Below, in pieces: positions 1 to 7,129 of a stretch of 20,000 bases of DNA. Position numbers and translations under genes: made by a program. The stretch is from an uncultured virus (IMG/VR IMGVR_UViG_3300005521_000001) (lineage: Duplodnaviria; Heunggongvirae; Uroviricota; Caudoviricetes). The notes under the pieces were generated by a model that had not been told where the DNA came from, ran no database searches, and saw nothing but the letters and a program-made list of their open reading frames with translations. Every line of letters begins with the position of its first letter. Position 1 is the stretch's first letter. The stretch is from the IMG/VR virus record IMGVR_UViG_3300005521_000001, one strand, 5' to 3'.

Positions 1-29
1 GTTTCATCGTAGGTTTCCGGTTCGGGCAT
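1..29 (-). CDS. 5' end of a truncated gene (MPEPETYDE...)
   Basis: ATG at 29-27 with a TATA box (+ strand cctatataag, 50-59) at the same spacing as the other leaderless genes. Confidence 0.65.
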
Positions 30-49
30 GTTTAATCGTAGGAGTCGCC

Positions 50-71
50 CCTATATAAGCGTTGTGTCTAT
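50..71 (-). promoter_or_regulatory. Archaeal-type TATA promoter with upstream ATAGAC element
   Basis: Minus strand reads ATAGAC-N-GCTTATATAGG, 20 nt before the ATG at 29. Confidence 0.75.
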
Positions 72-337
72 TCTTCCACTATTTCAACCAAATCGTCAGG
101 TGGTAGGCTCGCCAAGCCCCAAAAAATACCACATGGTTTGCCACATATAATTGCTATATTTGGGTATTTATCTCCAGAGCCTAACCAAAGAGCGTCTATT
201 GGACCATCTCGTTTACAGTTAGGGCATTCTTTTACAGTGCCTACTCCACTAACTTTAGTTTCGTAGCCTTTTCCAAAATCATTATTTGGAACAAGAACGG
301 TTGATGGTATCTGTTTGTTAGTCAGCCATCTCGTCAT
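68..337 (-). CDS. Small Zn-finger protein (CPNC...CGKPC)
   Basis: ORF track. Start moved to ATG 337, which follows an SD-like GCAGGTGG. Paired Cys motifs. Confidence 0.7.
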   Translation of the reverse strand: MTRWLTNKQIPSTVLVPNNDFGKGYETKVSGVGTVKECPNCKRDGPIDALWLGSGDKYPNIAIICGKPCGIFWGLASLPPDDLVEIVEE

Positions 338-593
338 CAATTCCACCTGCTAAAATGTATTCACAACGGACTCTCCTATTACCATGATGGTTCACTCCGT
401 TTTTAGAAACTTCGATGGTGTTAATAACACCCTCCCGTGCCATTTGCTTTAGAATGAAACTCATCTGTTTGGGTGTGCGGTGGGATTTCTGAGTATTATT
501 GCAGTATTCAGCCAATACACCACTACCCATCGGTCTTTTTTCAGTAGCCAGTTTTGCTTTAATCGCTTGTCTTATGCTTTTTGGTATCTTCAT
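318..593 (-). CDS. Putative winged helix-turn-helix DNA-binding protein
   Basis: Basic ~91 aa protein with a helix-helix-helix-beta-hairpin pattern (..QMSFILKQMAREGVINTIE..RVRCEY). Strong SD AGGAGTGA before ATG 593 and TATA at 626-635. Confidence 0.6.
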   Translation of the reverse strand: MKIPKSIRQAIKAKLATEKRPMGSGVLAEYCNNTQKSHRTPKQMSFILKQMAREGVINTIEVSKNGVNHHGNRRVRCEYILAGGIDDEMAD

Positions 594-644
594 ATTATCA
601 CTCCTATTTACGCCCACATGTTGTCAGTATATAGTTCTTTCTGC

Positions 645-1676
645 CTATTCAACAATTATGCCCTTTTTCTTACAATCAGGACACTTTAACTTGAGAGTAG
701 GTGGCGGCATATCTTCCTTAGAGAGCGAGACTATAACCCTTTGCCCGCATTCAATACAACGGAACTGGTTTATGTAAAAATCACTATCCGCCTTTATTTT
801 GAGTTTTATAGGCAACCTTTTATCGAGATGAATTGCAGGTATAGGTTTAGAAACCTTTATAGACTCCCCGCCCACCTGCGTATCGCTTGGGGCATGTTTT
901 GCATCATCATGGGCGGTTCTTGCATGAGTAAAAAATCTATTAGTAAATGCGTTATCATCCCATGTTGTTGTTGCTCCAGATGTTATTGATATGTCTATTG
1001 CGCTCATTACGAAGCATCCTTTGTTCAATATATCTTTGACCTTTTCACACATGATATTCATGCTATCACAATATACATCAACACTGAAACCTACATTTTT
1101 AAATCCATCTTTTCCACCCTTAGAACCTGCAAACGCCATAGTAGCCATTTTAGAAACATATCTATGTGCGTTTTTCATAGACTTATGATACCTTGTATAT
1201 CCCTCTAAACGGTCCATACACTCTGCAACCCATATACCATAAGTCATTTTGTTATTGACGGCATGAGGATAAGCAACTGACACAGATGATGACTTCATTA
1301 ACAAACCTTTATTTGTTGAAGTTTCTCTTAAGACAAAGTTTAGAGTTTTTTCGTCATCATCTCTGTATCTTGGGTCATATATAATCACATATTCCTTTCT
1401 TCCTATGTTATCAATACAATCCCCATCGAGTCCTTCATTGGTGTAAATATATCCAAGTGGTATGCATCTATCATCAAAGAAGGTTAATTCATCATCATTT
1501 ACTGTCAAATTCCATTTCTTGGTAATGAATGATTCATCAGTAATACATTGCATTATATGGTTGCCTATATCATCGGCTGAAAGGTTATTTTCATGGGTCG
1601 CCCATGATACAATGTTAGGCTTAACATCAGCCAAAGTCAAAAGTTCTTCAACACCATCAAAGTCAAATTCACTCAT
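645..1676 (-). CDS. Hypothetical protein with C-terminal Zn ribbon (CIECG...CPDC)
   Basis: 343 aa ORF, GGAGG SD, ATGA overlap with the upstream gene. Confidence 0.8.
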   Translation of the reverse strand: MSEFDFDGVEELLTLADVKPNIVSWATHENNLSADDIGNHIMQCITDESFITKKWNLTVNDDELTFFDDRCIPLGYIYTNEGLDGDCIDNIGRKEYVIIYDPRYRDDDEKTLNFVLRETSTNKGLLMKSSSVSVAYPHAVNNKMTYGIWVAECMDRLEGYTRYHKSMKNAHRYVSKMATMAFAGSKGGKDGFKNVGFSVDVYCDSMNIMCEKVKDILNKGCFVMSAIDISITSGATTTWDDNAFTNRFFTHARTAHDDAKHAPSDTQVGGESIKVSKPIPAIHLDKRLPIKLKIKADSDFYINQFRCIECGQRVIVSLSKEDMPPPTLKLKCPDCKKKGIIVE

Positions 1677-1879
1677 GCTTCAACCTCCTTCATGGCTTGA
1701 TTCCAAGTGTCAGATTCAACGCCCCCATAGAGTATTTCTAAGCCACCCTTAACGCCAGTTTCACCCATTAGGTTGTGAACCTCTGTCGCTATCAACAGAG
1801 CCAATTCCTGTATGTTAGGAATGTCTATTGGTAGTCCTTCGTCAGTTTGCATTCTTATTGCTATTGTATCGTATTTCAT
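1673..1879 (-). CDS. Hypothetical protein (68 aa)
   Basis: GGTGA SD at 1884-1888; translationally coupled to its neighbours. Confidence 0.7.
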   Translation of the reverse strand: MKYDTIAIRMQTDEGLPIDIPNIQELALLIATEVHNLMGETGVKGGLEILYGGVESDTWNQAMKEVEA

Positions 1880-1883
1880 TTTA

Positions 1884-4199
1884 TCACCTATTATTTCTCA
1901 ATGCCTTTTTCAAACAAGCCTTGAGTGGGATTAGTATTTGTTCAGCCAAGTTAGCCGTATTTGTGACGGAAGCATGACCGTGATTTCCATAGTATTTTGA
2001 AGTGTCCATACCTGCAATACCAACAGAGAAAATAATAACATCTTCATCTTCCGCTTCTTTCAATACACTAACTAAGTGAGAGCGTGAAGAATGACTTGGT
2101 GGTGCTGGACCGGCAGGTGAACCGTCACTAATTACAAAGACAATTCTCTTAGCATTTTCACTACCAAATCTCGCCGTTCTATCAATAGCCCATCTTAGAG
2201 CGAACCCATCAGCATTTTCTCGGCCAACATGGGATGAAGCAATTTTGCTCTTAGTCTTGTTATTCAAAGTTTCATTAGCACCTTTTCTAATTGTAATTCT
2301 GGTTTCACCGTTAGGAGCGTCGCCCCTATAACTTCGCCCATATTGTGAGTAAAAATCAACCACTTCATATTTAGCCCCTATTTCCTCAAGAACTGAACTA
2401 ATAGAAACCGCCGCTTCACCCGCACAGTCAGCACGGTTTTTGTAAGCACCACTTCTTATTCCACTAACAGAGCAACCCATAGACCCGCTTGCATCAATTA
2501 GGACAACAACATTAGCATTAAATTCAGGTGATAATTTGTCAGTTTTGAAAACTTTATCACTTGTTGAATGCGCCCAAAGTCGGCGTGTATCAAGGCGACC
2601 TCTTTTCTTGTGTGAGTTAAATTTGGTATCAGCACCCTTGACTAAGTTCTTCATGACTTTACCAATTCTTTTAATTCCGCCTTTGTTGGTTCTTTCAATT
2701 ACAGAATATGCGCTTCCATCCGAGCATGTAGTCTCTTTTTCATTAGTTTGGGTTTGAATAGAAACTTCATGACCAAAGAAACGACCTCCGCCCATTTCGC
2801 TATTTTCATCTTTAAATAACTCTCCGTGTTCTTCAATTTGTTCACACTCAAAGTCTATCATTTCGCCTAATTCATCAACAAGTGCTTGCATTTCACTAAA
2901 CATTTCAACCGTTTTAGTTCCTTCGCCAGTTCTTGCTAAAGCATTACCTACACTGTGACCGGAGTTCTCATTTACTTTCGCACTCTCTGTAATGACTTCG
3001 CCCTCATAGTTTGAAGCAGTTTGGCTTTCACCTTGACCTTCTTCGCCCTCTCCTTCGCTTCCATAGACTTCATCACCTTGACCGTCAGGAGCGGAAGAGT
3101 CGCCAGTTTGAGAACCGGACTCGCCGTTATCGCCGTTATCGCCGTTATCGCCCTCTCCTTCGCTTCCTTCGCTTCCTTCGCCTTCATCGTCACCTTGACT
3201 ACCGGACTCTCCGCCTTCGCCGTCAGCACCCTCTAAAGCATCATTAAGAGCATTTACATCTTCATCATCGGAGTCGGACATATCTCGACCCTCTGTTGGG
3301 CGTTCCATTTTCTTGAACCTCTTGGTTCTAACTTTCTCTGCCTCTTTCTTCATTCTCTTTTGGTTGTTAGCGGCTTCTGTAATTTTGTCCATTGACATAT
3401 CATCAGCAAACAAAGCCTTTCCTTCGGCTGAATCGGAAGCCCCATACTCGCTACCATCGGTTTCATCGGCGGGGAAATGAGTTCTGTATATTTCCAACAT
3501 AACTCTTGCTTTCTTAATTACTGTGGAAGTGTCCTGTGAAGCAATTGCATCAGCAAACAAAGGTCGAATTTCATCCATCATAGCAATTACTTTTTCATTA
3601 TTGACAAAGTGTGGAGTAGCCAAGATAACCTCTGTGGCAATAGCAATAACACCAAGTTTAGGTGCTTCATTGTCACCAATGGTTCTTCCTTTCAGGGTTG
3701 CTTTATGTGAAGCCATAAGTCTGTTTTGAGTGTAGTCTAAACGCTTCTTAGAACCTGCAAAATCTTGGCCTAATAGGTAATTGACTCTTGCATCTTCAAC
3801 AATGTTCACCATGTCATGAAGTAGTTTATCTTCGTCGCCTCTTTTAATTCCGTCAGCAACCCTCTTCCATGCGTTAAAGTTAGTGTATCTCAAGTGACCT
3901 GCCGCTTCGTGGGCTAAGATTGCTTCGCTGATAATCAAATTCTCCGCTTGGCTTGTCACATCAGGTAAAATAGGATAAGATAGCCAAACAGTGCTACCAT
4001 CGGTTGCACATGGGTTGCCGTCGTTAATATCAAGTTTCTTAATACAACGGCCTTTGCCGTTTAGTTCACCGGATAGAACCTTAGCAATACGGCTTAGGTG
4101 TATTGTGACTCTTCGACGGCTTGATTCATTAAATGTATTCATATCCGCTTTTTGTTCACTGGCGAACATTGGGTTTACGGGGGTTTCTGTTTCGGTCAT
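1884..4199 (-). CDS. CobT/NorD-like vWA-domain protein, partner of the MoxR AAA+ ATPase
   Basis: MIDAS motif DASGS and ISDGSP; N-terminal HEAAGH...NIVEDARVN motif; long acidic Gly/Glu/Asp linker. Start moved to ATG 4199, 20 nt from the TATA box at 4220-4229. Confidence 0.88.
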   Translation of the reverse strand: MTETETPVNPMFASEQKADMNTFNESSRRRVTIHLSRIAKVLSGELNGKGRCIKKLDINDGNPCATDGSTVWLSYPILPDVTSQAENLIISEAILAHEAAGHLRYTNFNAWKRVADGIKRGDEDKLLHDMVNIVEDARVNYLLGQDFAGSKKRLDYTQNRLMASHKATLKGRTIGDNEAPKLGVIAIATEVILATPHFVNNEKVIAMMDEIRPLFADAIASQDTSTVIKKARVMLEIYRTHFPADETDGSEYGASDSAEGKALFADDMSMDKITEAANNQKRMKKEAEKVRTKRFKKMERPTEGRDMSDSDDEDVNALNDALEGADGEGGESGSQGDDEGEGSEGSEGEGDNGDNGDNGESGSQTGDSSAPDGQGDEVYGSEGEGEEGQGESQTASNYEGEVITESAKVNENSGHSVGNALARTGEGTKTVEMFSEMQALVDELGEMIDFECEQIEEHGELFKDENSEMGGGRFFGHEVSIQTQTNEKETTCSDGSAYSVIERTNKGGIKRIGKVMKNLVKGADTKFNSHKKRGRLDTRRLWAHSTSDKVFKTDKLSPEFNANVVVLIDASGSMGCSVSGIRSGAYKNRADCAGEAAVSISSVLEEIGAKYEVVDFYSQYGRSYRGDAPNGETRITIRKGANETLNNKTKSKIASSHVGRENADGFALRWAIDRTARFGSENAKRIVFVISDGSPAGPAPPSHSSRSHLVSVLKEAEDEDVIIFSVGIAGMDTSKYYGNHGHASVTNTANLAEQILIPLKACLKKALRNNR
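3121..3152. repeat. Coding 9-bp tandem repeat (tcgccgtta x3.5) encoding GDNGDNGDNG
   Basis: Read directly; lies inside the acidic linker of the vWA protein. Confidence 0.9.
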
Positions 4200-4204
4200 G
4201 TTTA

Positions 4205-4242
4205 GTCCTATACACCACACCTATATAAGGACTTCGGCCTAT
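4205..4242 (-). promoter_or_regulatory. Promoter of the vWA gene
   Basis: gtcctatacaccacacctatataa (4205-4228) is identical to 6564-6587; TATA 4220-4229. Confidence 0.8.
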
Positions 4243-4248
4243 TGAAAA

Positions 4249-5067
4249 TTATAGCCTTTTATTTGAGCCTTTTATTTGACGCTTGGTGTATCGTGGTTTG
4301 AAGGTTGTTTCAGTTCTAAATTGCTCTAATAGGGTTCTTGATATTTTAGACAAGTCATCAATTTCCCATGCCATAGAATACAATCTAAGTGCCTCTAAAC
4401 ATTTTGTTGGATTTGCTTTATTGTGTATTGCCATTTGTATAATAGAAAGAGGATGGCATGAAGAATAATCATATCCCTGTTTCAAAATAACTTCTGGTTG
4501 CTTTGTATCTGGAACTGTTTGTCTAATCCTATTGGGTTCAATACCATACTTCAAACAAAGGGTTGCCAATCTCCACGACTCCGCCTTGTCGCTAATTTTT
4601 TCAATTAGCGAATCGGCTTTGTTGAGTCCAAGATGGCGGTTCAATTCCGTAAGACCTGCAAATAAAAATCTCTTGGCGGGTTTAGGTATCTCAACAATCA
4701 TGCATTTGGCTCTTAGCCTGTAAGGTATTGCTTCAAGGTATTGACATTCTAAAACAAACGGTGGAGGGTTGTCTATTGTGTTAATTTTATTGTATAAAGA
4801 TGGCTTTAGATAATCAGCACCCTCTATCAAAGCAAGCCTGTAATTCCCATCAAAAGTCGGATGGCGTGCATTCTCAATACATACCAGTGGGTCATCATGT
4901 TCCACGACCTCTATCTTATATTTGTCAGCCAAGAATCTGATAATTGTTGTTTTGCCAACACCTGTATTGCCATAAATGATTAACGGTTTAGATGGTGTAT
5001 TCATCCATGCCTCTATCGGTGTCAATACTGATTTGATTATGTGCTTAGTCGGATTCATAAATATCAT
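4249..5067 (-). CDS. Clamp-loader (RFC) large-subunit-like AAA+ protein, short and degenerate
   Basis: Walker A GNTGVGKT, degenerate Walker B LIEGAD, PFVL..LRAKC sensor region of RFC-type ATPases. Confidence 0.6.
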   Translation of the reverse strand: MIFMNPTKHIIKSVLTPIEAWMNTPSKPLIIYGNTGVGKTTIIRFLADKYKIEVVEHDDPLVCIENARHPTFDGNYRLALIEGADYLKPSLYNKINTIDNPPPFVLECQYLEAIPYRLRAKCMIVEIPKPAKRFLFAGLTELNRHLGLNKADSLIEKISDKAESWRLATLCLKYGIEPNRIRQTVPDTKQPEVILKQGYDYSSCHPLSIIQMAIHNKANPTKCLEALRLYSMAWEIDDLSKISRTLLEQFRTETTFKPRYTKRQIKGSNKRL

Positions 5068-5191
5068 TTAGTTTCCTTTGAAAATAATTTTTGTATTTTT
5101 GATTAGGGTCAAATAATTGCCTTAAGTTCGCTACTAATTCCTCTAATGCTTCTATTCTTGCTTCTAAATCTTCCACTCTTATATTGCTCAT
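5045..5191 (-). CDS. 48-aa coiled-coil protein (MSNIRVEDLEARIEALEELVANLRQLF...), not in ORF track
   Basis: Translated manually; TATA at 5212-5221 at leaderless spacing; heptad pattern; overlaps the start of the RFC-L-like gene. Confidence 0.7.
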   Translation of the reverse strand: MSNIRVEDLEARIEALEELVANLRQLFDPNQKYKNYFQRKLNDIYESD

Positions 5192-5232
5192 ATCACTTGA
5201 GTTAATATCCACCTATATTAAAGGGGAATAGT

Positions 5233-5301
5233 GAGAGGGGGAGCGTCAGGAATCACCCGTTGTCCTCCCCCTCTCGTTTTAACCCAAATTCGACAACGGG
5301 T
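5233..5301 (-). other. Predicted H-type RNA pseudoknot in the 3' UTR of the MoxR gene
   Basis: Two crossing perfect helices: 5255-5264/5292-5301 (10 bp) and 5233-5243/5265-5275 (11 bp). Confidence 0.7.
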
Positions 5302-5308
5302 TTTGAGT

Positions 5309-6529
5309 TCAATAATCAGCCAATCTTGCTCTGCAAGCCGCTTCAATATGTGGTCTTTCATCGGCATTGTATTTGCCAAGCATAGAGTATTCAATAGCCT
5401 CATTCAAGGACAAGTGCTTCATCAATCCAAACATTTGAACAAGAGTTCTTGTTGAAGTATCAGTTTCAAGAAGTCCTTCTTTCTTCAATTGTCTTAAGTC
5501 ATTAGCAACCAATACCATGCCTCTAATAGTTTCTTCATCTGTGAAGCCACTTTGACCCATTACAACCTCAATTTCTTTTGCTTCCTTAAGGTAGTCAAAT
5601 GTCAGGTTCATTGTGAAACGGTCTTTTGTTGCTTGGTTCATAGCATTGACACCTGCATAATCTTCCGGTGGGTTCATGGTAGCAATAATTTGAAAACCAT
5701 TCTTAGCCTTGACTACACGGTTGTTATCTTCACCAATAACCAAAGTGCCTCTGTCCATTGCCGCATGAGTAGCAATCAAACATGCCTCTCTTGCCGCATT
5801 TAGTTCATCAGCCAATAGGCCGAGTCCATAGTCCATAGCAAGTGTCAGGACTCCATCTTGGAATACTACATTACCATCAACAATAGTTCTTGAGCCAATA
5901 AATGTGTCCTCTGTGACACCATCGGACATATTAATTTGAAGAAGTGGAGTGTTAATGTTGCCGTAAAAATCTTGAGCCAACATAGATTTGCCACACCCTT
6001 TAGGTCCTTCAAAAATCATGTGAGAGTCTTGTGTATTACCATTCAAACTTTGTTGGTAGCACATAGCCATTAGTCTAAATTCCTGTCTGTCGGACTCAAC
6101 AAAGCCTCTTGCAGTAGGTATCATAGTTTGTAAGTGTGCTGAAAATTCATCAGGGTGTCGGCGTGGTATGCCATAGAATACTCCGCCTTGAGGCGTAGCC
6201 TTTGGTGGTGAAGTCTTTTGTTCTTCAATTACACCTGTTTTTGATTGTTGCATCATCATTATTGGTGTTGGTTCAGCACGGCGACCTTCAAGGGTTGCTT
6301 TTATTGCTTCAATTTCCCATACTTGCTTATCTTTGCCAATGGAAACTCTAACTATACCGGCTTTGTGCATTCTGTTTGCAGAGAACGCATTACTCTTTAG
6401 TGAGGTTATGCTACTATCTCTTCCTTCCGCTATGCACGCTTCTTGTATAGCCTTGAGGTAATCCTCTTCGCTAATCATTCCACCTTCTTTTCTTACTACA
6501 TCTTTCATTATTTCAATTGTTGTTTTCAT
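5309..6529 (-). CDS. MoxR/CobS-family AAA+ ATPase with N-terminal extension
   Basis: Walker A GPKGCGKS, FQDGVL, Walker B LLADELN, ATMNP sensor, ATKDRF arginine finger. Confidence 0.9.
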   Translation of the reverse strand: MKTTIEIMKDVVRKEGGMISEEDYLKAIQEACIAEGRDSSITSLKSNAFSANRMHKAGIVRVSIGKDKQVWEIEAIKATLEGRRAEPTPIMMMQQSKTGVIEEQKTSPPKATPQGGVFYGIPRRHPDEFSAHLQTMIPTARGFVESDRQEFRLMAMCYQQSLNGNTQDSHMIFEGPKGCGKSMLAQDFYGNINTPLLQINMSDGVTEDTFIGSRTIVDGNVVFQDGVLTLAMDYGLGLLADELNAAREACLIATHAAMDRGTLVIGEDNNRVVKAKNGFQIIATMNPPEDYAGVNAMNQATKDRFTMNLTFDYLKEAKEIEVVMGQSGFTDEETIRGMVLVANDLRQLKKEGLLETDTSTRTLVQMFGLMKHLSLNEAIEYSMLGKYNADERPHIEAACRARLADY

Positions 6530-6563
6530 CTTAATTCCTTCCTTATTTTTCTTGGGTTATTTT

Positions 6564-6690
6564 GTCCTATACACCACACCTATATAACAGTTATTATAAT
6601 GTTATGTTTCATGTTGTCTGTCTGTCTCCTGTTTTTGGTGCGGGTATAGATAACCCTATACACCACTCCTATATAAGGATATTCCCTATA
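6564..6690 (-). promoter_or_regulatory. Tandem promoters upstream of MoxR (TATA 6579-6588 and 6668-6677)
   Basis: Two cctatacaccac-cctatataa units. 6668-6690 is identical to 11368-11390. Confidence 0.75.
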
Positions 6691-7129
6691 TCAAATTAGG
6701 ATGAAGCAAACCTTTCACTATCAAATATGTTTTCAGTAAGCGTGTTTTCCACTCTTCACGGGCAAACTTTTGTTCTTGTCTTTTCTTAGGCCGTTGAGCA
6801 TTCCACATCTTCATTCTCTGGTCAGGTGCATACTTTTGACAAGTCGCCACCCAATCAACAACCAATGAAGTTATTGCATACGATAGGTCTTGTGTATGAG
6901 TTTCTATCGCTTGTATTGATTCTTCAAGAGTATTCCTAAGACATGATATGCCAATCTGTTCAACAATTTCTTCGCATGAGTCTTTTAGTATTCTCTTTTC
7001 AGCCTTCAAAACATCAGCCCATCTTGAAGAAGGCATTAATTTACTACACTCTTTTATCATTTCATGAGTAAAATGGCATTCATCTCTAAGTGTTCTGTAT
7101 ATCCGTCGCTCTCTGTTTAATCCTGTCAT
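6686..7129 (-). CDS. Hypothetical alpha-helical protein (147 aa)
   Basis: ORF track; ATGA overlap with the polB stop. Confidence 0.75.
   Translation of the reverse strand: MTGLNRERRIYRTLRDECHFTHEMIKECSKLMPSSRWADVLKAEKRILKDSCEEIVEQIGISCLRNTLEESIQAIETHTQDLSYAITSLVVDWVATCQKYAPDQRMKMWNAQRPKKRQEQKFAREEWKTRLLKTYLIVKGLLHPNLI

Noticed and set aside
480..3729. + strand and alternative-frame ORFs (e.g. 499-777, 1462-1752, 2972-3229, 3011-3247, 3021-3236)
   Set aside because: Shadows of well-supported minus-strand genes, especially the low-complexity acidic linker
5233..5301. HDV-like or hammerhead ribozyme
   Set aside because: No P3/P1.1/P4 elements and no CUGAnGA/GAAA core
1884..6529. Cobaltochelatase (cobS/cobT) as an auxiliary cobalamin pathway
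   Set aside because: No cobN or other cobalamin genes; viral MoxR-vWA pairs are better read as generic chaperone systems
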